DNA of 10,319 nucleotides from Prevotella sp. Its GTDB lineage: Bacteria > Bacteroidota > Bacteroidia > Bacteroidales > Dysgonomonadaceae. The number at the start of each line of letters is the position of its first letter. Position 1 is the stretch's first letter. The stretch covers positions 1 to 10,319 of the forward strand of contig JAITVV010000087.1 in assembly GCA_031285625.1 (NCBI GenBank), written 5' to 3'. The position numbers were made by a program, and so were the translations under genes. Below the pieces are notes generated by a model. It worked only from the letters and a program-made list of their open reading frames with translations, was not told where the DNA came from and did not search any database. Shown piece after piece: positions 1 to 8,078 of this stretch.

Positions 1-261
1 ACTGAAAATTCTATTCTTTCTACTGATCTGTCTCAGTTGCTTGATAGAGCATTGCAACTATTAACTCCTCAGCAGAGACGTGTGTTTGAAATGAGCCGTA
101 CCGAGATGAAGTCTCATAAAGAAATAGCCCAGGAGTTAAATATATCAGTTTATACTGTACAACAACATGTTTCTGCTTCATTAAAGGTCATTAAAGACTT
201 TCTATTCAAATATGGAGGAACCTGTTCCGGGCTCTTGCTACTACTACTTTCTTCTAAATAA
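1..261 (+). CDS. RNA polymerase ECF-type sigma-70 factor, Bacteroidota PUL-associated (5'-truncated; region 4.2 HTH only)
   Basis: Frame 1 is open from base 1 (TENSILSTDLSQLLDRALQLLTPQQRRVFEMSRTEMKSHKEIAQELNISVYTVQQHVSASLKVIK). It matches the sigma-70 region 4.2 pattern L-x-P-Q-Q-R-x-V-F-x-x-S-R...S-x-K-E-I-A-x-E-L-N-I-S-x-x-T-V and lies directly upstream of a FecR gene. The ORF-track start at 37 is an internal TTG. Confidence 0.93.
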   Translation, partial: TENSILSTDLSQLLDRALQLLTPQQRRVFEMSRTEMKSHKEIAQELNISVYTVQQHVSASLKVIKDFLFKYGGTCSGLLLLLLSSK

Positions 262-295
262 AAGTTAATAAAAGTTAACTGTATCCCAGATCTTA

Positions 296-330
296 TTCTC
301 AATTCTGTATTTACTATATACAGAAGAGAA
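296..330 (+). promoter_or_regulatory. Inverted repeat/hairpin immediately before the fecR start codon
   Basis: TTCTGTAT (303-310) and ATACAGAA (318-325) are perfectly complementary around a 7-nt loop. TTCTC (296-300) and GAGAA (326-330) extend the stem past a 2-nt bulge. The ATG is at 332. Confidence 0.45.
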
Positions 331-331
331 A

Positions 332-1318
332 ATGACAACGGATAAAAATATAAAAGATATTCTAAATAAGTTTACACATGGTCTTTATACAAAAGATGAT
401 GTGGAATTCCTTGTTGATTATTTGATGAAGGAGCGTCCTCTGCCTGAATTATCTCAAGAGATGGATAATGTTTGGGGTAGTCTGGAATCAGTAGAGACAT
501 CGATTGAGGAGCAAAAAGAATATCTGGATGATGCTCAAAAATTATTATATACATTAAATAGTAATACACCTAAGACTAAAAAAGTGAGCTTGAGAAGGAT
601 TCTCAGTTATGCTGCTACTCTGGCTATAATTGCTGTTTCTGCATGGGGTATATATATGTCGCGACATTTCTCTGATGAAGTTTTATATACGGAAGTTCGG
701 GTCGATAACGGAATTCATAAAAATGTAGTTCTACCTGATGGAACAGAAGTGATGCTGAATGCCGGGTCATATATCAAATATCCGCAAAGATTTGCAGGGG
801 ATATAAGAAATATTGAAATTGATGGTGAGGCTTTTTTTAAAGTTGTGAGGGATGAAACCAAGCCTTTTGTAGTATATACTGATAAAGCCAGTGTAAAAGT
901 ATTAGGTACATCATTCAATGTAAAATCGTATAATAGCGACAAGCAACTTACAGTTAGCGTAAAGAGCGGGAAAGTGCAGGTCGATACAGATGATGCGATG
1001 GCCCGCCTGATAGCTAATGAACAACTTATACTGGATAAGGCAACCGGTGAATTCCAAAAAAGAAATGAAGATGCAAAGTTTGCGACTGCCTGGATCAGCG
1101 GAGGATTATACTTCAATAAAACGCCAATTCAAAACGTAGTGCAGGAATTGGAACGGATGTATAATTGTAAAATCAAATTTCAGGAAGGTAGCACCTATGA
1201 TGAATATATATATGGTGAGCATGATAATAAGAGTTTAGAATCTGTATTAAAATCAATTCAACATTCTACCAATATAAAATATAGGAGAGAAGGTAACCTT
1301 ATAATCTTATACAAGTAA
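332..1318 (+). CDS. fecR: FecR-family anti-sigma factor (single TM helix, FecR domain plus C-terminal domain)
   Basis: 328 aa. TM segment ILSYAATLAIIAVSAWGIY. FecR motifs LPDGTEVMLNAGS, IDGEAFFKV, VKVLGTSFNV, VKSGKV. C-terminal WISGGLYFNKTPIQNVVQELERMY. Sits between the ECF sigma factor and susC. Confidence 0.95.
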   Translation: MTTDKNIKDILNKFTHGLYTKDDVEFLVDYLMKERPLPELSQEMDNVWGSLESVETSIEEQKEYLDDAQKLLYTLNSNTPKTKKVSLRRILSYAATLAIIAVSAWGIYMSRHFSDEVLYTEVRVDNGIHKNVVLPDGTEVMLNAGSYIKYPQRFAGDIRNIEIDGEAFFKVVRDETKPFVVYTDKASVKVLGTSFNVKSYNSDKQLTVSVKSGKVQVDTDDAMARLIANEQLILDKATGEFQKRNEDAKFATAWISGGLYFNKTPIQNVVQELERMYNCKIKFQEGSTYDEYIYGEHDNKSLESVLKSIQHSTNIKYRREGNLIILYK

Positions 1319-1409
1319 ATAATAATTAACCTGATAGTCTGGACTTAATAAATTAATAACCTTGAAAAATGAAATTGAATATGAGAAAAACAACCTGAAT
1401 TTTTACAAA

Positions 1410-1443
1410 CAAAAAATAAAGGAAGAACTAATCCCTCCTTTAT
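1410..1443 (-). terminator. Intrinsic terminator on the minus strand
   Basis: The minus strand reads ATAAAGGAGG-GATTAGTT-CTTCCTTTAT-TTTTTGTTTG: a 10-bp stem including one G.U pair, an 8-nt loop and a U-tract. Confidence 0.6.
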
Positions 1444-1527
1444 CTGCTTAATTATCCAAAGCAAATTTTGTAGTGAAGCCTAAATTTGCCTTGGAGTTGC
1501 TTCAAATACTATAAAAACAACTATTAA
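1410..1527 (-). ncRNA. Predicted cis-antisense sRNA between anti-sigma and susC (DonS-like PUL repressor); ends approximate
   Basis: Minus-strand TAGATTTG (-7 box) at 1540-1533, a 14-bp hairpin at 1455-1495, and a terminator hairpin at 1416-1443 followed by a U-run on the minus strand. The A.C mismatches of the + strand become G.U pairs on the - strand in both hairpins. Confidence 0.6.
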
Positions 1528-1532
1528 ACACA

Positions 1533-1540
1533 CAAATCTA
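1533..1540 (-). promoter_or_regulatory. Bacteroidota primary-sigma -7 element (TAnnTTTG), antisense, overlapping the A of the susC ATG
   Basis: Plus strand CAAATCTA reads TAGATTTG on the minus strand. The -33 position holds only an imperfect TTTC (+ strand GAAA at 1560-1563). Confidence 0.55.
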
Positions 1541-4500
1541 TGAATTTCTTTGACATTAAGAAAGGAAAATGGATATCTTATGCCATATTCATTGTATTTT
1601 GGGTATTTTTATCCTCCCAAAATGTAAGTGCGCAAGATTCGAAATCCGAAAAAGTGACCATTTCCGTTAAGAATCAAACATTAGAGAAAACCTTTAAAGA
1701 AATATCATCACAAACTGATGTGAAGTTCTTTTATAATGAGGCTATTGCCAAAAGTGAAAAAACAGTATCCCTCAAATTTCAGGATGCAAAACTTAATACA
1801 GTTCTGGATGAAATAAAGAAACAGACCGGATTGTATTTTACCCGCGAAAATAATACAATATCAGTTAGTGAACGTAAGGATGCCAATCCTTCGGTACAGC
1901 CTGGTAAAGGCACCCCCAAAACCATAAAAGGTGTTGTCGTAGATGATATCGGAGAGCCTGTAATCGGGGCGAGTGTTGTTGTACAAGGTACGACAAACGG
2001 AACAATGACAGACGTGGATGGAGCATATACAATAGATGTTCCCGAAGGAGCTACCTTAGTTATATCTTATGTGGGGTTTATAAGCCAGAATATTACAGTA
2101 GGAAAAGATACTGTGATAGATATTCAGCTTTCAGAAAATGCACAAACCCTTGATGAGGTTGTAGTAGTAGGCTATGGTGTACAGAAAAAAGTAAATCTGA
2201 CCGGTGCAATATCTACTTTGGATGCTAAAGTTCTGGAAAACCGTCCTATTACAAATTCTACACAGGCTTTGCAGGGAGTTCAGGGTATCTATGTAAACCA
2301 GCCGGGTGGACAACCTGGTAAAGACGGCGCTACTATACGTATCAGGGGTCAGGGTACCTTAAACAATAACGATCCACTTATCCTTGTTAATGGTATCGAA
2401 TTCCCTCTGGATGCTATTAACCCGAATGATATCGAGAGTATTTCTGTATTGAAAGATGCTGCATCTTCTGCTATATATGGTTCCAGAGCAGCCAATGGAG
2501 TTGTTTTGGTAACTACTAAAAGTGGTAAGAAAGCAGGAGGATTTACTGTAGAATATAACAATTATTTTGGTGTGCAAAGAGCTACATATTTACCAAAGAT
2601 GGTATATGACCCTATCGTGTTTATGGAGCAAAGAAACATTGCACAAAAGAATGAGGGCAAGCTTGTTACAGACTATGCTCCGGAAATGATTGAGGAATAC
2701 AAAAAAGGTATGCTAACAGATCCTTATACATATCCTCGCAACAACTGGATGGATATCATGTACAAAGATGCTTTCATTATGGAGCATAATCTTCGTTTCT
2801 CTGGTGGGGACGATAAATATACATATTCTTTATCTCTTGGATTTAATGATCAGGATGGTGTATTACGTGGTACAGATGCTTCAAAATATACAATGGCTTT
2901 TAATGCAACAGCTAAGGTAAACAGCAGGTTCACTATTGGTAGTAGCATAAATATGAATTACAATATATTCAATGAGCCTGCAGCAGGTATCCCGAATCTT
3001 GTGGAGATGACATACAAAGCACAAGCTTTCCATCCTACATATATGGAAGATGGGCGTTATGCCAATACCTTTATCCGTACTCCGGGGCATAATGTTTACA
3101 GGCATCCACTGGCTCTGGCTGATGAAGGAGAGAATAAAACGAAGAAACAACAAATATTGGTTAACCTGTCGGCAGAATACAAGTTGCCACTGAACATGAC
3201 TTATAAATTGAATGTAGGTTTAAATAAATTTGATTATCTGAATTCGATATTTATCCCTGATGTATATCATTATCAGGTAAAAACAGAGGATAAACTCAGG
3301 ATAGACTTTGGAGGTAAACCCCGCATGGCTAAAAAGATTGACGAAAATAACCTGAATGTAACCGTATTTAATACATTAGGCTGGGAGCAGAAGTTTAATG
3401 ATATTCATAATGTGAAGGCTTTATTGGGTGCTAGTTACGAAAGCTTCTATGATTCAAACTTTAATGCTCAGCGGGAAGGATTTCTAGGTAATGCATTGAC
3501 CGAACTTGATGCAGGTTCCAATAATCCGGTTGTAGGAGGAACATCTAAGAAATCTATATTGATGTCTATGTTCGGAAGGGTTAACTATGACCTGAAAGAC
3601 CGTTATTTGTTTGAAGCAAACTTCAGATATGATGGCTCTTCACGTTTTGCAAAAGGACACAGATGGGGAATATTCCCTTCTTTCTCTGCCGGTTGGAGAT
3701 TAAGCGAAGAAGACTTTCTGAAAGATGCTAACTGGCTACAAAATCTAAAAATCAGAGCTTCATGGGGGCAACTAGGAAATGAGCGTATCGATTTGTTCAG
3801 ATATGTAGATCTGATTGAATTAGGGCAAAATTATCCGTTCAATGGCTCTATGTCTTCCGGGGCGGCTGTTACAGCGTATAGCGACCCAGATATTACCTGG
3901 GAAACTACTACGATGACCAATGTCGGAGTAGATGCAAGTTTCTTCAAGGGTGCTTTGGATTTTTCTGCTGAGTTTTTCTACAAGCGTACATCTGATATTC
4001 TTCGTCCTGTTTCATTACCTGATCAGGTAGGTTCTTTGAAAGGTCCTATCCGTAATATCGGTACTGTTGATAACAAGGGATTGGAATTATCATTAGGCTA
4101 TCGCAATAGTATTAAGGACTTCAGATATGAAGTTACAGGTAATATGACATTGTTGAAAAATAAGATAGTAGACCTGAAAGGACAAACTATAATTGATGGA
4201 ATGTTTATCCTGAAAGAAGGTGAAGCTATCGACTCATATTATATGCTGAATGCAATAGGAATCTTCCAGTCTCAGGAGGAAATAGATAATAGCCCGACTC
4301 AGACAGCAAATACAAAACCTGGATATCTGAAGTTTGAAGATGTTGACAAGGATGGTGTTATTACAGAAAATGACAGGAAAATAGTAGGTAATGTAATTCC
4401 GACTATCACATATTCATTCGGAGTAAATTTATCTTATAAAAACTTCGACCTGAATGCATTTTTCCAGGGTGTAGGCAATGTCAGTACTTATGGGGATGCG

Positions 4501-4893
4501 ATAGCTGCCACACCATTCTGGTTTGGTTGCGGATTGCCTGAAGAATGGTTGACAGACTCATGGACGCCGGAGAGAGGTGCAGGTGCTAAATTACCTATAT
4601 TGACGACATATGAAGGTAGTAAGACCGAAAACTACAGAACAAACAGTTTCTGGCTGAGAGATGCATCTTATCTGCGTCTTAAGAACCTTCAGGTAACGTA
4701 TAATGTACCAACTTCATTCCTGAAGAAAAAGATCCCTGCGATAAAAAGGTTGCGTATTTTCGCAAATGCTTCTAACTTATTCACTATATCAACTATGAAA
4801 CAATTTGACCCTGAAAAGAACGTGAAGAATTCTACATGGTACGAATACCCTTCGGTTAAAACATTCTCAGGCGGAATTAACATAACATTTTAA
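1540..4893 (+). CDS. susC: SusC/RagA-family TonB-dependent outer membrane transporter with N-terminal signalling (STN-like) extension
   Basis: 1117 aa. Signal peptide ending VSA|Q. N-terminal extension KVTISVKNQTLEKTFKEISSQTDVKFFY. CarboxypepD_reg-like domain GEPVIGASVVVQGTTNGTMTDVDGAY. LDEVVVVGYG. SusC signature DIESISVLKDAASSAIYGSRAANGVVLVTTKSG. RYDGSSRF, WETT, YLRLKN and a C-terminal Phe (GINITF). Confidence 0.98.
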   Translation: MNFFDIKKGKWISYAIFIVFWVFLSSQNVSAQDSKSEKVTISVKNQTLEKTFKEISSQTDVKFFYNEAIAKSEKTVSLKFQDAKLNTVLDEIKKQTGLYFTRENNTISVSERKDANPSVQPGKGTPKTIKGVVVDDIGEPVIGASVVVQGTTNGTMTDVDGAYTIDVPEGATLVISYVGFISQNITVGKDTVIDIQLSENAQTLDEVVVVGYGVQKKVNLTGAISTLDAKVLENRPITNSTQALQGVQGIYVNQPGGQPGKDGATIRIRGQGTLNNNDPLILVNGIEFPLDAINPNDIESISVLKDAASSAIYGSRAANGVVLVTTKSGKKAGGFTVEYNNYFGVQRATYLPKMVYDPIVFMEQRNIAQKNEGKLVTDYAPEMIEEYKKGMLTDPYTYPRNNWMDIMYKDAFIMEHNLRFSGGDDKYTYSLSLGFNDQDGVLRGTDASKYTMAFNATAKVNSRFTIGSSINMNYNIFNEPAAGIPNLVEMTYKAQAFHPTYMEDGRYANTFIRTPGHNVYRHPLALADEGENKTKKQQILVNLSAEYKLPLNMTYKLNVGLNKFDYLNSIFIPDVYHYQVKTEDKLRIDFGGKPRMAKKIDENNLNVTVFNTLGWEQKFNDIHNVKALLGASYESFYDSNFNAQREGFLGNALTELDAGSNNPVVGGTSKKSILMSMFGRVNYDLKDRYLFEANFRYDGSSRFAKGHRWGIFPSFSAGWRLSEEDFLKDANWLQNLKIRASWGQLGNERIDLFRYVDLIELGQNYPFNGSMSSGAAVTAYSDPDITWETTTMTNVGVDASFFKGALDFSAEFFYKRTSDILRPVSLPDQVGSLKGPIRNIGTVDNKGLELSLGYRNSIKDFRYEVTGNMTLLKNKIVDLKGQTIIDGMFILKEGEAIDSYYMLNAIGIFQSQEEIDNSPTQTANTKPGYLKFEDVDKDGVITENDRKIVGNVIPTITYSFGVNLSYKNFDLNAFFQGVGNVSTYGDAIAATPFWFGCGLPEEWLTDSWTPERGAGAKLPILTTYEGSKTENYRTNSFWLRDASYLRLKNLQVTYNVPTSFLKKKIPAIKRLRIFANASNLFTISTMKQFDPEKNVKNSTWYEYPSVKTFSGGINITF

Positions 4894-4904
4894 ATCTCAA
4901 TAAC

Positions 4905-6416
4905 ATGAAATTGTTTAAAAATATAATATCTGCATCAGTTGGGCTCTTAGTACTGTTTTCCTCATGTGACAGTTTGCTCGATGTAGACCCTTCCGATCAA
5001 TATTCAGTAGATACATTCTGGAAAAATGAGGAGCATGCTCAGGCTGGACTTACAGGCTGTTATAATGCTTTATTTCCATATGGAAGAGCATTATTTATGG
5101 AAACCGATATGATTACACCCAATGCTATTGCGTACAATGAGGCAAATGGTACGGACAATATTGCCAGAGGTGTGCATACAACAACAACGTATCTTGTTAG
5201 TTATTTGTGGCAATCCGCATTTACAGGTATCGGCAGAACCAACACATTTATGGATAAGGTGGAACCTGTATCTATGAAGGATGAACTGAAAAACAGAATG
5301 AAAGGCGAAGCCAGATTCTTAAGGGCTTTTTATTACCATTCATTAGTATGTAGGTTTGGAGGCGTACCTCTTATATTAGAAACACCGAATGCGGCAGCGC
5401 ATCAGGATTTACCGAGAAATACAAAAGAGGAAGTTGTAGATCAGATTCTTATAGACCTGACCGAGGCCGCAAAGGTATTACCTGATTCTTATAGTGGAGC
5501 AGATTTGGGGCGGGCAACTAAAGGTGCCGCATTGGCACTCAAAGCCAGAGTCCTGTTGTATGAAGGGCGTTGGAGTGAAGCTGCCGCTGTAGCCAAAGAA
5601 GTAATAGATATGAAGGAATATGTTTTATTTAATGATTATCGCCATTTCTTTAGCGCTTCTAATAAGCATAACTCGGAAGTGATTTTCAATGTGGAATTCA
5701 AATCGCCGGAGTATCTGACCGGATTTGACCATAATAGTTACACATTGAACCGTCCTGCACCAACAAAAGACCTTGTAGACAGTTATCTGATGACGGATGG
5801 GAAAAGCATTAGCGAATCTTCACTTTATGATCCGGCTAATCCGTACGAAAATAGAGATCCACGCCTGCTGTATTCCATACGTTGTGTAGGATATATGTAT
5901 AATGGTAAAGTCACTCAACCGGGCGATGTGGTTACAACAGGATTCGGAAATAAAAAGTATACAACTTACGAAGATGATACCACTTTACCTGTTATCGTTG
6001 ATGGAAAATCTGATTTCAACTCTATTCTTATGCGTTATGCAGAAGTATTGTTGACTTATGCAGAAGCCCAGAATGAAGCTGTAGGTCCCGATCAGTCTGT
6101 TTATGACGCAATTAATGAGGTCCGTATGCGTCCATCAGTAAATATGCCTAAAGTTCAGACAGGGCTGAATAAAGATAAGATGCGCGATATGATCAGACTG
6201 GAAAGACGTATTGAACTGACAATGGAAGGTTTGTATTATTCTGATATCCTGCGTTGGAAAACAGCCGAAAAAGTAAACAATGCAGATGTTAAAAATTCAG
6301 CCGGGGTTACAGTATCTAAACGCTCATTTAATTCTGAACGTGACTATTTATGGCCTGTACCTAACAATCAGATAGTTCTTAACCCGAATTTAACACAAAA
6401 TCCAAATTGGAAATAA
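4905..6416 (+). CDS. susD: SusD/RagB-family surface glycan-binding lipoprotein
   Basis: 503 aa. Lipobox LFSSC followed by acidic DSLLDVDPSD. Motifs GEARFLRAFYY, FGGVPL, GRATKGAALALKARVLLY, RYAEVLLTYAEA, ERRIELTMEG and C-terminal NPNLTQNPNW. Starts 11 bp after the susC stop. Confidence 0.97.
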   Translation: MKLFKNIISASVGLLVLFSSCDSLLDVDPSDQYSVDTFWKNEEHAQAGLTGCYNALFPYGRALFMETDMITPNAIAYNEANGTDNIARGVHTTTTYLVSYLWQSAFTGIGRTNTFMDKVEPVSMKDELKNRMKGEARFLRAFYYHSLVCRFGGVPLILETPNAAAHQDLPRNTKEEVVDQILIDLTEAAKVLPDSYSGADLGRATKGAALALKARVLLYEGRWSEAAAVAKEVIDMKEYVLFNDYRHFFSASNKHNSEVIFNVEFKSPEYLTGFDHNSYTLNRPAPTKDLVDSYLMTDGKSISESSLYDPANPYENRDPRLLYSIRCVGYMYNGKVTQPGDVVTTGFGNKKYTTYEDDTTLPVIVDGKSDFNSILMRYAEVLLTYAEAQNEAVGPDQSVYDAINEVRMRPSVNMPKVQTGLNKDKMRDMIRLERRIELTMEGLYYSDILRWKTAEKVNNADVKNSAGVTVSKRSFNSERDYLWPVPNNQIVLNPNLTQNPNWK

Positions 6417-6446
6417 TAAAATGTTTTAATTTAAAAAAGTAAAAAG

Positions 6447-6485
6447 TATCTTTGAAGTGCCTTTCTAACCAGGAGGCACTTCAAA
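6447..6485 (+). promoter_or_regulatory. Stem-loop after susD, overlapping a TATCTTTG -7 promoter consensus
   Basis: TTTGAAGTGCCT (6451-6462) and AGGCACTTCAAA (6474-6485) form a perfect 12-bp inverted repeat with no U-tract on the + strand. TATCTTTG is at 6447-6454. Confidence 0.55.
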
Positions 6486-6508
6486 AATATCATAAAACCA
6501 ATCGGAAC

Positions 6509-7927
6509 ATGAAAAGAAAATTAGCACTATTGGTAGCTACTGTACCATTTGCGTATACAGGGTTTTCCCAAGATCAGACCAATTTTATCATTATCAATCT
6601 GGATGATGTTGGTTATGGAGATTTCTCTTTTAATGGAGCATATGGATATACGACTCCCAATATTGATCAATTGGCTTCGGATGGAGTAAAGTTTACTCAC
6701 TTCCTTGTAGGTCAACCCATAAGCGGGGCTTCACGCGCCGGATTATTAACCGGATGCTATCCCAATAGGGTTGGTTTTGCAGGAGCACCGGGCCCTAATT
6801 CAGATTATGGCATTCATCCTGATGAGATGACAATGGCTGAACTGCTCAAACAAAAGAACTATAATACAGCTATTTTTGGAAAATGGCACCTGGGGGATGC
6901 AAATCAGTTTATGCCACTGCAAAACGGTTTTGATGAATATTATGGATTGCCATATTCCAATGACATGTGGCCATATCACCCTCAACAGGGAACAATTTTT
7001 AATTTTCCGGATTTACCAACCTTCGATGGTAACAAAATAATAGGTTACAACACAGACCAAACTAAATTTACTACAGATTATACTGAACGTTCAGTCGCAT
7101 TTATAAAGAAAAATAAAAACAAACCGTTCTTCCTCTATCTGGCTCATTCTATGCCGCATGTACCCTTAGCAGTATCCGATAAATTTAAGGGAAAAAGCGA
7201 ACAGGGGCTTTATGGTGATGTAATGATGGAAATAGACTGGAGTATTGGCCAGATACTGAATACACTGAAAGAGCTGGGGCTGGAAGAAAATACACTGGTT
7301 GTACTTACATCCGACAACGGTCCATGGACCAACTACGGGAATCATGCAGGATCGGCAGGTGGACTGAGGGAAGCTAAAGCAACAACTTTTGACGGAGGTA
7401 ACCGTGTCCCATGTATCATGTATTGGAAAGGTGTGACCCAACCCGGTACTGTTTGCAACACACTGGCTTCTAATATTGACTTGTTTCCTACGCTGGCTGC
7501 CATCAGTGGAGCACCACTTCCTCAGAGGAAAATAGATGGGGTGAATATATTACCTCTTGTAAAGGGTGAAAAAGAAGTTAGCCCAAGAGAATCATTTGTG
7601 TACTATTACAATAAGAATGATCTGGAAGCAGTTACCGATGGTATGTTTAAGCTGGTATTTCCACACAAATATGTAACATATGGAGCACATCTTCCGGGGA
7701 ATGACGGACAGCCGGGACTTCTTACTAACCGTGAGATAACTAAACCGGAATTATATGATTTGCGTCGCGATCCGGGAGAACGTTACGATGTTATAGCCCA
7801 GAATCCTGAGGTTGCAAGAAAGCTCATGCAGATAGCTGATGATATGAGAGAAGATCTTGGAGACAACCTTACTCTGAAAATAGGTAAGAATAAGCGCGAA
7901 CCGGGAAAAACAAAAGATTACAAATAA
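6509..7927 (+). CDS. S1-family formylglycine-dependent sulfatase, Ser-type with SxAxR motif (arylsulfatase A/GALNS-like), probably periplasmic
   Basis: Start re-called at ATG 6509 (472 aa), which gives a signal peptide MKRKLALLVATVPFAYTGFS|Q. The ORF-track TTG at 6452 lies inside the hairpin. Motifs IIINLDDVGYGD, TPNIDQLA, SGASRAGLLTG, GKWHLG, LPYSNDMWP, MPHVP, TSDNGP and ELYDLRRDPGE. Confidence 0.95.
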   Translation: MKRKLALLVATVPFAYTGFSQDQTNFIIINLDDVGYGDFSFNGAYGYTTPNIDQLASDGVKFTHFLVGQPISGASRAGLLTGCYPNRVGFAGAPGPNSDYGIHPDEMTMAELLKQKNYNTAIFGKWHLGDANQFMPLQNGFDEYYGLPYSNDMWPYHPQQGTIFNFPDLPTFDGNKIIGYNTDQTKFTTDYTERSVAFIKKNKNKPFFLYLAHSMPHVPLAVSDKFKGKSEQGLYGDVMMEIDWSIGQILNTLKELGLEENTLVVLTSDNGPWTNYGNHAGSAGGLREAKATTFDGGNRVPCIMYWKGVTQPGTVCNTLASNIDLFPTLAAISGAPLPQRKIDGVNILPLVKGEKEVSPRESFVYYYNKNDLEAVTDGMFKLVFPHKYVTYGAHLPGNDGQPGLLTNREITKPELYDLRRDPGERYDVIAQNPEVARKLMQIADDMREDLGDNLTLKIGKNKREPGKTKDYK

Positions 7928-8078
7928 GTTTTTTAGATAGAATTGTCTGATACTATAAGGTCTTTTTAAATTGCAATTATACCGTCTTGCCATTGGCTTC
8001 GCTTTGCTCTGCAAACGTTATTTCTGGACGGAACGAAGGACATATTTCTTTTTCCTTGGTTGATAATAAAAACATGGG

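Noticed and set aside
232-249. (CTA)n microsatellite as a phase-variation site in the sigma gene
   Set aside because: Only three in-frame triplet units, explained by Leu codons; slippage would not shift the frame.
1294-1398. CRISPR-like array suggested by ~32-bp periodicity
   Set aside because: The repeated unit is only 6-8 bp and degenerate, with no 23-47 bp repeats and no cas genes.
4339-4380. EF-hand-like DVDKDGVITENDRK motif in SusC
   Set aside because: A DxNxDGxI-type motif is a routine feature of SusC proteins and is not novel.
6451-6485. Rho-independent terminator after susD
   Set aside because: No U-tract follows the stem on the + strand, and on the - strand the T-run is offset by GATAC. 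Kept only as a stem-loop.
6452-6508. N-terminal extension of sulfatase 1 from TTG 6452
   Set aside because: The start lies inside the hairpin and would bury the signal peptide; ATG 6509 fits better.
7751-8014. 87-aa minus-strand ORF (MQSKAKPMARR...)
   Set aside because: Starts at TTG, two thirds overlaps the 3' end of sulfatase 1 in antisense, and has no recognisable domain.
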